This document shows, one piece after another, positions 48,701 through 60,357 of a stretch of 64,000 bases of DNA. A model generated the notes under the pieces. It made no database searches. It was given only the letters and a program-made list of their open reading frames with translations, and was not told the origin of the DNA. Source of the DNA: Raillietiella orientalis (lineage: Eukaryota); the NCBI GenBank assembly GCA_036172245.1, contig JAYWIR010000003.1, forward strand, positions 2,108,001-2,172,000, written 5' to 3'. A program made the translations under genes and the position numbers. Numbering within the stretch: the first letter of the stretch is position 1; every line of letters starts with the position of its first letter.

Positions 48701-51700
48701 ATGCGCTTCGGGTCCGCGGCGCGTTCGGGACCAAACGGTGGCGGCAAACAAGCACGATCGATAAGCTCGAGATCAATCGCATTCCTTCTCATCTAGATTT
48801 TGGGATGCGAAGTCGCCACGATCAGGTACTCCCCCGACTTTTTTCCAGCAGTCGGAGACGCGAGCGTCAGCCGACTCGTCACTCGCCTCCCCCACCACCC
48901 AATCGGCCCGTAGGCGTGCAGGAACCAAAGCAATAACCTGCACCGCCTCCAAGTCCAGCCGTCGCGCGAATTCAGGGTCGTGCATGCCGAGCGCCAGCAG
49001 GTTCAGGTCAGGAGAGCAAGACGAAGGAGTAGCCAGTCATTGGGTAGAAGCACCACCTAGGAAGCACGTCATTCAGTACGGAAGGGACTGCCCGAGGCGC
49101 TTTGAAAATCCCCGCTCCATCGTTCGATGCTTCCTTTGAGGAGCAAAACCACCGTCGCTTCCGGCTAACTTGATTGCGTTTTAAACGACCCGCAAACGAG
49201 AAAGCCAAGCCTTTTCCTCTTTTCCGAAACCGACCGCGTCCTCCTTCCTCCCATTTTTCACCGCTAGAATCGAAGCATTCTATCAATGACATCATTTGCG
49301 CGTGTTTATTAGACGGCGAGCGAATCACCGCACTTCCGCAGGGCCGGTTCCGTAATTGAATAAAAGTTTACGATAAGCCTGGCCTTGAAACCATTTGCGG
49401 AGGATTAGGCAGGTCACTAAAGATGCATGAGACTATTTAGAAGCAATTAGTGCATGCTCCAGGTTGACAGCAGCCAGGTTTCCAGCGGTCGGGACTCCGA
49501 GGGCTGCGGACCTGATTCCCTTGTTTCGAGGAGGCGTCTCTGGTGCTCCTCGCGCTGACTCTGCCGCAAGAAAGAGGCAGACTCTTCCTTCTGAGTTGCG
49601 AAGACAACGCGCGCGCGCCCGGAGTGCTCTTCGTTTCGCTAACACGCACCCATTTTTCACGAGTCGCATCTTCATTTTCCTGCAATTTGAAATCTCATAA
49701 GCTATGATGGATTTCAGAAAAGGCTCAGCTGAGACGCTCTTCAGAGCTTCTTTTTCATTACTCACAAATTCGACTTTTTTTTTTTTTTTTTCCCCTCCCC
49801 TCTCTTTCCTTTTTTTTTCTGGCGCCATCTTGCTCGATTTTCTAGATTGGGAAATCCACTACGACTTCTTCCATTACACGACTTTTTTTTCTTCGCGTGG
49901 GAGAAAGAACTGTGTCGGAGGCTGTGAACCAAAGTGGAGTCATTCCGCTTTCTCTTGAGATGGAAATCTTCCTTTTTCTCGTACTGCATTCTTCAAGAAT
50001 GGCGCTAATGACGATATTCTAACTGTCCTTGCTCCCGTTTGCTCTTCGGCTTCCTTTTCCGGAAAAATTGCTTGGATCGAGTCCGCTCATTTATTGGGTG
50101 TTTTGGCCTTTGCTCTGGGACCTCCAGCATCGATGAAACAAAGGGTGCAACTAGTACCCCGAGACAGACCTTTTCACTGTTCGCTCAAATCTCAAAACCT
50201 AAGGTCACGCGACGTTTCAGAAGACTAGCTGCTTCGAACGAGGCAAACGAAGGGACAAAAAGTCCTTCCATTAAAGCCAACCACCAATTTCTAGATCCAA
50301 AAAGTAGGAAAGTACAATTGACGAAGATGCTCCATCTTTGGTTTTAAGAGCACAGCAACTAATTGACCATTTAAGGATCAGTGTATCAAACCTCAAGAAA
50401 ATCGCCTATAGCTATTTTGGAAATTTTTAGACGTTGTACCACCACCTTTGAATGTTTATTTTGATTGTTTTGATTGTTTGTTTTGATTTCCCGATCGGCC
50501 TGGACATTCGGCTCAAGTACCAAACTCGATGATTTGCAGTGGCAATCGGGCCCAGATCAGAAGACAATTTGTGACGCAAGATTTGCAGGCGTTCCAGTCA
50601 CACTTTCTTAGCGGTGTGCTCAATAAGGGACGTTTCCTCCATCTCAGAGGAGGGATTTCCATTTCAGCGATACTGATGTTTCCGCAGAATCAAGTTCGAC
50701 GTCTCAAAGTGCGCCGAGCATTGTGACATCTCCATGGTGAACGCTGAATTGGATTGGGATTGCGGTGATAGATGCTGTTTTTCTTTCCGTGACATTCAGG
50801 TGTTCCTATGAGCTAATTCTTAAAGAAAAACCTACCAAAAGAGAAAATGAAATAGGACAATCTTCAGATGAGAAACTGGACAAGAATGATCTCCAAGAAT
50901 TAGCAGCATCACTTCCGCTCCTTGATCAACTCAAGCGAGTGCTGGTATTACAATTCCTCTAAGTACACCAGTCTGAAGTATGTCTGAGGTATGAATGCGA
51001 GTCGCAAGCTTCGATGCCAGTCATAGAGAAAGAATGAGATTTTCATTTGCCGAGCTCGTAAGTGAGCAAATGAGAGATCAAAACTGCTCACAAAGATCCT
51101 CTAAGAACATCGCCTTGGCGCACGAAACCAAGCACACCCTTAGTTAACCGTCAGCTACTGGTTTTACCACTAAGTACTAATGGTTAACTGAGGGTGCACT
51201 TGGAAAAACATTCGCCAAGGCGGCGCTGCTCCATTACAAGTACTCATTGCATGAGATTGAGAAAACTTTGAAAAAATGTTTTCGAAGGCATGGCAACTCG
51301 ATAAGCACTCCGGCTGCATAGCGCTTTGGTCCTTGGAGACTTGGTGCCTGAGAAATTTATTCCTAGAAGTTGATGGAGGGGACTTGCGATTCGGAAGAGC
51401 CAGGACGCTAGTCAAAGCCACAAGAAATGGTCATTCATACCTCAGGAAACTGTAAAGTACAATACAACCAACAATTCATCAGTTGCCTCACCATCTGGTT
51501 ATTGACAACCCTTGTCGGAGTCATGAAGAGTCATGGAGCAGATGCCACGTTACGCAATCCCTCTGCGTTCTCGGACTAAGGGGTGCTATCCGAAGAGGAA
51601 ATATCGATCCTTGTTTTCTGACAAAGCTCGGATTTTGAGGTTGCGCAAGACGAAAATGAAAGCCCATAAGGCTACATGAAAAAGCAAAGATTCGATAGAA

Positions 51701-54307
51701 GGAAAGAGAAAGAACCTGAGAGTTCGAAAAACTGTCTTTTGCCCCGTTGTCTGGGGTGGAAGATGCCTTGAACCCCAGCGGTTGTTTCTTCAGGAATGAG
51801 AGGAGTGTCTTTCTGACGAAACATTTAAACAGAATAACAGAGTAAGCAGCTGCAATTGCGAGAATGAAAGCAGCGTGGTTGCGTGTCCTTCGAACATGTC
51901 AATGCACCCAGGTTTCTGAGCATTCCTTCCCAATGCTCACGGATTAAGAGAAGTCCCGATGGTGCCTGTGGCGTAATTCTTCCAAACTCCGTGTTAAAAG
52001 AAAAAAAAAAGAAAAAAAGAAAGAAAAAAGAAACAGGAAAGAGTGAGACGAGCTAATTGTTCGTAGTAGTGAAAGAGTGCCAGGGAAGTTTTCAAGGAGA
52101 CCTTCGAGAGCTGCCAACTGCAGGAAAGTGAGAGCTGTCTCCTGCCCTTGCCACACTCTTTCATCTCAGCCTGTCGGAGAAGTGCAAACCAGAAGAGCTG
52201 GGGAGCGTTGGTGCCTCTCACGGAGTTGAATGCGAATGAGAGTGTTTCTAACGGAATGTGACGGCGAATGGAAAGAGGGAGAGATCCTGGCGTAAGCCAC
52301 GCAAAAGCCATCGCCTGTTGCGAGAACAACCGCTGCGTTTTTGTTCATTGTTTCCGAGGCTTCTCGAAGCCGAGAGCAGCAGGAAGAGAAACTGCAAGAC
52401 CACTCTTTCCTGTGAGGGGCCAACCTGCCCGAACGTCCCGTGCCATTCACGCAGCCGCGAAGCGGACTTTCTGTTGAAACGGCTTCCGAAGATGATTTAG
52501 AGAAAGAGGCGGCGGCTTGAATGTGGCTAAAAGTGGACCCGGGAAGAGGGAAGGCTGGGAATTTCATTTTTGGGAAGGCACGTGGAACGTGGATTCGGCG
52601 AAGTGAAACTTGCTCCATCTGCTCGCGCCTCCCGGCAAGCACCTGAAAGGCGAGCTTGACAGCAAACGTCCACAGGGCGAAACGGAGGGAGGGGGACCGG
52701 GTCACATGATCGAAGCGGAGGGGACACCAGTCGTGCGAAATCAAAGCTGAAAAGGTCGTGACGACCGCGAGCATGCCGCTTGAAGGCCAGCGTCGCGACG
52801 GCGATTCTTCTTCACCGGAACGATTTTCGTTCCACTTGCTCAGCGAGGTGCCCTCGGGCTGAGGGAAGCAGAAACGATGTTGTGTCCTCATCGAGAACAC
52901 CCTGTTTTCTCAGAGCCAATCCCGGACCGCGAGCGGCCATGTTTAAGGACGGCGGAGTGAGGTTTCGGGAAGGTTCCCTGGATACTGGGAGCAGCAGCCT
53001 TTCGAGGTGAGAGCGCTCTGGTTGTGGTCTCATCGCGAAACTGTCGAAGAAGCAACCCTTGACGTCTTGTGCGGACACGCGTGTTCCGTGTTGATGCCGC
53101 AGAGTGGTTTCTCTAGCAGCGTCACTGCGTGTCCTTGGAACCGATCCGTTGCTCGGATCAGCAAGTCCATGCACCGGAGGGAAAATCGATGATTGTCTGC
53201 TGAAGAACAGTTCCCGGTTCCGAGTGCAGCTGCGAGGAAAAGAAATCCTGCAGATATCTGAAATTGTAGGTCGCGCATCGAGCCGGGCTCGAGGCATGCG
53301 GGTTTCGAGAGAGGGGGCATCTTTCCGAAGCCGAAAGAGAAGACCCTCCCCGGTCTTCTTCAGGAAACATGGTGCGATTCGGCTTCTGCGGCGAATCCCC
53401 AGATGACGAAGAGAACGTGGAAGAGGAGGCATACTGAGGCGCACATTTTTCCCTTCTAGGAGAACGAGCGAGGCCGCACGCGCGATCGGCTTGCCTCCCG
53501 AAGAATGTCCTGGCGGACGTTCCCGCCTGTCACGTGATCGCATATATACTTTTCTTTTTTTCCCCTGAAGCTTTCGAAAGAGAGAGGAAAGGTGATGCGA
53601 GTGTTCCCTCCGTCGAAGCAAAAAAGGAAGGTTGCACCCAGTCGTTCTCAAACGCGAACTGCGAGGAGCGGGGGCGCACTTGACGGGATGGTTGATCTGG
53701 TTCTCGGGTTGTCCGGCAGCTTCCCACGAAAGCGTCACCCACGTTGGGGCGAGTGCGTTTCCTCGTTCCGCGAGCCCTTGCAAGACCTTGCCACTCGTGG
53801 ACCTCGGAGTTCCACATGGCTTCGAGCGATCGTTCCTTGCTACCCGTCTACTGCCCGCGGCTTTGGTTCGGGTGCCAGCCCCGTGCCGCCTGCCATCTTA
53901 GGGACACGAACCCCCCTATCTCCCGCTCCCCCGAGGCGCCACCTTTTTTCCCCGCGCTTTCCGACCGCGCAGCTCGGACGCGCTTTCGGTGGGGGTGTCC
54001 TGCCTACTCGGAGGCCTAAACTCGCCCTCTCAGCGGCAAGAAGCAAGGACACCTCCCTACTTTGCGGTTTCCATATTGATCGCACAGATTCGCGTAATTG
54101 AATCATTCAAGTCTTGTAGCTTCGATGGGATAGAATGGAGGATTATACGGCCACGAAGTTGAAGAGGATAATCAGATAAGATATACAATGCTTCTGTTAT
54201 ACAAATGTCTTGGCGAAATTAATGGCCCGTGCCTGCCTGCATACAACCCGCGATTCACGGCGAGCGCACCGTAGAATTTCGATTTGATAAATGGATGCTT
54301 GCCGCAA

Positions 54308-54340
<33 letters not shown>

Positions 54341-57300
54341 AAAGAAAAGGAAAAAAAAGGAGCGGCAAAAATTTGATTTTAATCGCAATTTTATCTGTTG
54401 TTTTCTCGCACGTTGTTTTTTCTCGGGCAACTGTCACGTGACTCGATCCTCTCCTAGTATTCTAATGACTTCCGACTCTTTCATTTCGAAAGAAAGCTCT
54501 TTTTTTCTTCTTCTTCTTCCACGATTATTGAAGACGCAGGGCAGATCTTCCTCCGCTCACGCGACCTGGTTGTGATTGCTCCTTACCCTCATCATCATCA
54601 CCGACAGCGGTCCGCTTTCCGTGATCAATGATGCAGCATCCGATGGGCTGCGTTCCCCGCTGCCGTTTCGAAATGCCCCTTCTGCACGGACGCCAAGCGG
54701 GGGCGCTCCCTGTTTGGCCATGCAGTCACCCCCGATTGGATTTGCGCGAAGCTACCTCTTGGCCCGACGGCAGACTGCTGCTGCTGCTGGTACCACGGTC
54801 CCTTTTGCCGAGTGCCTAATTTGCGTTTGCCCATGGAGATGGTTGACTCCACCGCTCCGGTCGCAGTTCAATCAGGGGGCAGCCCGCAGGCTCGCGGCGG
54901 TGGACGCGACAGAGATCTGGAAAAGTTGAAATCTTGCTTCCCCGGGCGGAGCGCAGCCACGCGAGGTGGATGGGGAGATTCGGGGCAACTGGTGCTATGA
55001 CTTTTCGGGAGGAAAAAAAAAAGACTTTTCTCTATGGGAGAAGGTACCTTCGCGAGCATGCACTTGAGGAGCGCTTCCGCATCCACCAATCTCGATTGCA
55101 GGACGCGTACACCACGAGCGCTCCGAGATCCATCGGATCTTCAAAGCGAACTTGTGCTGACGGTTCCCAGAAATCATGGGGTGCTGGAAAATGGGATGCT
55201 TCGATCTTGGAGGATGCCCGATCCTGTCCAGTTGCGTGCTTTTAGCAACTAATTGATAGGACCATGATTAGCTAGAGGGGCAGTCAGCCAGCTGCTGTTA
55301 CAACATCAGGGAATCTGGACGGAGACGCCTTCTAATCCCTCTTTCGCTCGTTGCTCTCCAAGCAAGGCTGTCTTCCCGATTCCCCGCAGTGGCTCCTATC
55401 CGTTGGAGATGCAAGTAACGGAGAAATCAGCGCGAGACGATATCGCTGAGCCATGGGGTCGCACCTCTGTCAGATCGCACCCGATCCTTCAGAGGCTGGA
55501 ATCCTGCTAAGAGCAGGGACTCTTCCTGTCTGAACCCCGGTAGAATATCCCGGAAAAAGCGCACTCTCGCACCGGTGCGTGCGTGCCGTTTTTGCTGCCA
55601 AGTACGATTCTGCGGTTCTGGTTGTATCAGCTCGATCAGCGGAGTCTCGAGGAGACGGAGACAGGCAGGCAGGGCTGCCAACATCTGGCGTTCTCCACTA
55701 GCGTTCGCGAGATGCGCCGCCTGCATTTCAAAAACCCTCTCGCTTTATCGTCCGCGACTCCGCACATTGCTTCAGCAGGAGATTCTGGCATCGTGATCAA
55801 TAACCACCACAGGAAATTCCGGGATTCCTGATTTCGCTTCGGCCGCGCTGGTCTTCCTCCCACTCTTCCGCTCTTTCCGCGGCCGCCCTCCGCAACGTTC
55901 GCGGCTCCTGCGCACACCCAGGGCCACCCTCTTGCCGAGGGCCGATGCAGCCGCCTCGGTTGGCAGGTCTGAGCCAGGCATCCGTCCCTGCCGCGAGAGT
56001 CTTGGCGATATGAGAGCTGCAAGGCCGACCGAAAAGTTCGGGAGAGGTGGATTGAAGGTCATCATTAAGAGGACCTCCGGGAATTTCGCCTTCTCCCTTC
56101 CTCGCGCCTTCCGCGGGAACGGACCGAACGGGCAGCATTGCTCGTGGGGGGCTCGTTTTTCCGCATCGCAGGTCAGGGGTGCTAGGTCTTCGAAGAAAAC
56201 GCGGTTGACCGTCAGGGAGGCCTGCAAACCAGTCGACGGGCATCCTCAGTGCCCTCCGTGGGAAGGAGGACAAGACACTGAGGTTGTTCCAGCCGTCCGC
56301 AAACTGCTGGGTGACCTCTAGGGCGAACTCCGTGACGCCGTCTTCGGGAATGCGAGCGAGCCGCCTGGAGACCACCTGTCGGATGGCGCATCCCGAGAGC
56401 AAGCGCAAAAGCAAGAACGGTCAGTGGCTCCGCGGAGTCACCGGCTCGTCAGAAATCGTTCCGTCCTCTGGCCCTTGTCCGGAGGGGGAACCGAGGTGCT
56501 ACCGAGGGACTTCGCAAGTCGCCTTACAGGCGCGGAGGAAGGCGGGACAGACGGCTCCCTTCCCTTAAAGCAGCTGCTCCAGGGGGGAGGGTCGGCGACT
56601 GGTGGTCGTCCAGCGCGCGTCTCGTGGCAACCCAGGAGCGTGAAGGGGATTCTCCCCCTCCGCCGCGAAGCGGAAGACGCTCAAGGAGGAGGAGCGCCTG
56701 CTAGAGAATGGCCTGGGCAACCGCTGTGCCGCGGCGACGCGCCAACCTTCCCGCCTCCCCGCGACGCCTCGCGCACCCGGAACTCTTTTTGTCTCGAACA
56801 ATCCGGCAAGACGTCCAACGGGAGACCCTCGCTCGGAGCTCGAAGGGAACCACGGAGACGACATGTCAAAAGGTCGGGGGAAAAAAAAAAAAATGGACAG
56901 AACCTTCGAGAAGCTCGAAGAGGCCGCCAGGCTCGCCAGCTGTAACGGGAAAAGAACAAAGTTGGTTCGGGGAGCGCTTCCCGGAGCTCGCTCAGGAGGA
57001 TGCGAGGGTGCGTGGCGCCGGCAGCGGGAAGGAAGGAAGGAAGGAAGGGGGGGGGGGGAACGCTCCCCATGGAGGCCGGCGAGGGCGCCGGAGGGGGAGA
57101 AAATGCCCTTGACGGGCATTTTCCACGGGAGCAGCGACTGCTCCAGTGGAAAACTTGCGAGGCTTCCGTCGATCCCGGATCTCACCAGCCGGGCGGGAGT
57201 GAGAGGCGCGTTCCGGCTCTGGACCCAGGTTCCCCTGGATTCCGAGGTCTGCTGGCGGGAAGTTATTGTACCGAGAGGTATGCGACGGGAGCGGCCTTTC

Positions 57301-57345
57301 AAGATCAGGCTCCAGAGACGGCTCTCCCTTCTTTTCTGGCGCTAA

Positions 57346-57460
57346 AAGTCTTCTGATGAGGGTGGTAAATCTCTAAGTGATGAGGGTGGTGGACTTCTAA
57401 GTCTTCTGATGAGGGTGGTAAACCTCTAAGTCTTTTAATGAGGGTGGTAAACCTCTAAGT
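57346..57460 (+). repeat. Minisatellite, ~4 copies of a 29-bp unit
   Basis: Consensus AAGTCTTCTGATGAGGGTGGTAAACCTCT, head-to-tail. The second copy has a 5-bp deletion. Confidence 0.92.
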
Positions 57461-57834
57461 AAAGGGCGCGCGCCCGATTCATATGAAAGGAGACCAAACC
57501 GAGGCATCAGGAAGGGGTCTCGTTCTAATGAAATCATCGGCGAAGTGTTTGTAAAAGTGTCAGTTCCACCTTCCCCCTCCCCCTCCCCGTCACGCCAGCA
57601 CCCTCTCTCTTGTTTCTCCGTGTCAGGGAGGAGGAACCTGCCTAGCAACCGGAGGTCTCGGCTCCGTCTCCATCGCATCGCTCATCTCCACCACTGAACG
57701 CGAGGAGGGAGCAGCCGATCCGTTTTTTTTTTTTTTTTTTTTTTTTATTCCGCCTTATCGCTCACGTTCCTGGCGGGCGGGAGCGGCTCTGCGAGTCCGC
57801 CCGAGGTTTTTATTTACCGCATGGGATCCGATTC

Positions 57835-57894
57835 TGATTGGTCATCGGGTTTCGCTCCTCTTTCGACCGCGACCGTGATTGGTCACTTTGAACT
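57835..57894. promoter_or_regulatory. Tandem inverted CCAAT boxes, candidate promoter of a downstream transcription unit
   Basis: TGATTGGTCA occurs twice (57835-57844 and 57876-57885) at the start of a CpG-rich island that follows a long poly-T tract. Confidence 0.4.
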
Positions 57895-58975
57895 TGGAAG
57901 CGGCGGGCGGCTGCCCGCGAAGCGTCTCTCAAAGCTCACGTTGCGCGCAAAGCGGCATCATGACGTGAAGGAGGGGGGGGGGGGAGGGAACCCTGCACCG
58001 CGCGCGAGGAGCGATCGACCGCATCGACTTTTGATTAAAATCTCCCGCAGGAGAGGCCTTCGGAGGCTACGAAAAAGCGGCGGAGGAGAGGGAGGAGGGA
58101 TCTTCCGGGAAGGTTCGGGTTTTTCGCTCCGGCGAGCAGGATCGCCGACGGCGGCGCCTCCTGCGTTCCTCCTCTCTCGATGCCACGAGCAAGGAGGGGA
58201 GAGAAAGGATTGGAGCGGCTGATGAAATCGGGAAGGATGGAGGAAGACCAGCGTCCCTTTCAGGAGGAGCCCGTGCGACGGGGAGGCGGGCAGGCAGCGG
58301 CTGCCGGGCACCGCGTCGTCGTGGGCAAAAAAGGTGCGGCTGCGCGCTGCTGGCGCGGGCGCGCGTGACGTCACCGGAGGAAGAACGGCCTGACGAACGA
58401 CGTATCGAATGGATTGTTTGTCCCTGCAGCCAGACGACATGCGTGGTTGCGAACAGGGATGGGGACGCTTTCCGCGCAGGAAGGGGAGGGGGAGGAGACA
58501 AAGGCCAAACAAAGGGTGGCTTCCGCCAGCCCGCGGGCGCGGTCGCAGAGCGATCTCGCCCTCCCCTGAGCCGAACCCGCGCTCCCTCGGGAGTCAGGGA
58601 TCAGAATTCAGACTGCTCCTCTGCTTTCCGTCGAAACGGGGAAGGGTCGAGAGAGGCGGCCCTCTTCCTCCTCGGTCGCCGGTCTTTTCGCCTCGAGTCT
58701 GCCCACCGCCCCTGTGGAGCTAGAAGGACGTTCGAGAGGGGCCTGACCCTTCCATCGATCGGCCCGGAAGGATCCTCGCCGCGGTCGAGACTCCACGGAT
58801 CAACCGAGAGGGGTGGGTCAAGAAGAGGACGAGCTGGACCGCTCTCGGAGTTGCTTAGCGACCATCATCCGCGTCTCCGAGGGCCGTAAATCATTTCGGC
58901 CGGCTCTTTGATCTTCCGCTGACAGTTGGGCGCTGCGCCGAGAAGCGCCGGCTCTGTTTTGCGCGGCGAGTGGAG

Positions 58976-59425
58976 GTCGCTCGGAGACCCCGGCGCCATG
59001 GAAATGGCAAGCAACTCCATGCGGCAGGGGAGGGGGGAAGAGGAGGAGGCTTCCGTCTGTTCCCCGGGGAGCTGTTTCTCGATGGCATCTTCCCTAAGGG
59101 CAGAAGTTTTTTTTTTTTCTTTCCTCCTCTTCTCCCCAGATGCAGTCGCGGGATGGTCGCGCGGAGATCTGGCAGGACGCTCCATGGAAACAGCAAGCAG
59201 CTTCCTGCAGCAGGGAAAGAGGAGCGGGAGGAGGAGGAAGGGGGCAAGAGGTGAAAGGGAAAAGGAGGGGAGGAGGAAGAAAGGGGGAAGGGGAGGAGGA
59301 AGAAAAGGGGAAGGGGAGGAGGAAGGGAGGCAGCGTCTCGCGCTTCTTCCCCGGGAAGAAGCTTTTGGTTTCTTTTCCCTTTCCTCCCCTCCTCCTCCCC
59401 GGCCGCGGTCGCGGGATGGTCGCAC
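58976..59425 (+). repeat. Degenerate tandem duplication (two units, second expanded by a purine run)
   Basis: CCATGGAAA..GCAAGCA at 58996 and 59182. The exact 16-mer GTCGCGGGATGGTCGC is at 59145 and 59408. Confidence 0.8.
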
Positions 59426-60220
59426 GCGCCCCTTCGGACGACCCCCACAGCCGGGGGCTCCCGAGAGGGGAAGCCGGAAGCCTGGCGCAATGGGTCACCC
59501 GGAGGAGGGAATCCGGCGGTCTCCTGATAACTGTAAATCACCGACCCGTTCCGCGGAGACGAGTGATCGCCCACGGCGAGCGGATAACTCGTTTTCGGGG
59601 ATGACGAGCGGGATGCAACCTCGGCGCTGGAGGTCATCCCTGATTTTGATTTATGATTCCCGGGTTCCGCAATTTGGGAGCGAGGATTGTAAATAACTCG
59701 AAACCCGTTGGGGCAAGGAAAGCGAGGAAATGGGATGATTAAGTCTTTCACCTGGGGTCCATTGTCGGGAGGTCGACCCCAAATGAATTCGGCGTGGGGG
59801 GGACGAGGGGAGGGGGTTCCCAGCCTCTGCCTCTCTCTTCCCGCGCTCACACCGGGAAGGACGTGGCTCCCTTCCCAGACCCCGGGCCATTCCTCGGCGG
59901 ACCGTGCGAGCCCCGACGGTGGGAGAATCCCGCATCCCTGCCTCCGTAGACGCGCATCTTCCAGCGTGGTGGTTGCCGCCGTCGGCGGCGGCGAGAGGGC
60001 TCTTCGGCGGCCCACGCGGGCGCACAAAGCGACGGCCGAGTCCAGATCGGGGCTCGGCAAGGGTCTCGGCATTGTGGGGACTCCCCCTCCGCCCCCTTTG
60101 CCCCGAAGCTGCGACCCGGCTCGGGAGCGGGCAGCGCGCGTTGCATGAATCCCAAATTGGGGCGGATGGCTAAATAATCCTGGAAGGATGCGTGTGGAAG
60201 AGGGTGCGCGGATTCCCGGT

Positions 60221-60357
60221 ATGATTAATGTTCGCGACATGGTGACACAAACGGACATGATTAATGACCCTTCCTGCTTGGATGCACTTCCTTTCTAATT
60301 ATTCAACACATGCGGCCAATGGCGGCAGTTGCCTCCAGGTTGGGCGCGTTCTGACAG
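60221..60357. promoter_or_regulatory. Candidate Dfd/Exd/Hth-responsive element
   Basis: Two ATGATTAATG copies (60221 and 60257), TAATTA near 60296, CCAAT near 60316 and TGACAG at 60352-60357. Confidence 0.55.

Noticed and set aside
57346..57460. CRISPR array or hammerhead ribozyme (CTGATGAG core in 29-bp repeats)
   Set aside because: The units are head-to-tail with no unique spacers or cas genes, in a eukaryotic locus. The hammerhead GAAA after stem II is absent (TAAG instead).
59140..59604. ATG ORF after a strong acceptor-like tract as a Hox3/zen exon
   Set aside because: No hexapeptide, homeodomain or Hox3-like N-terminus. It lies within a degenerate tandem duplication and a purine run.
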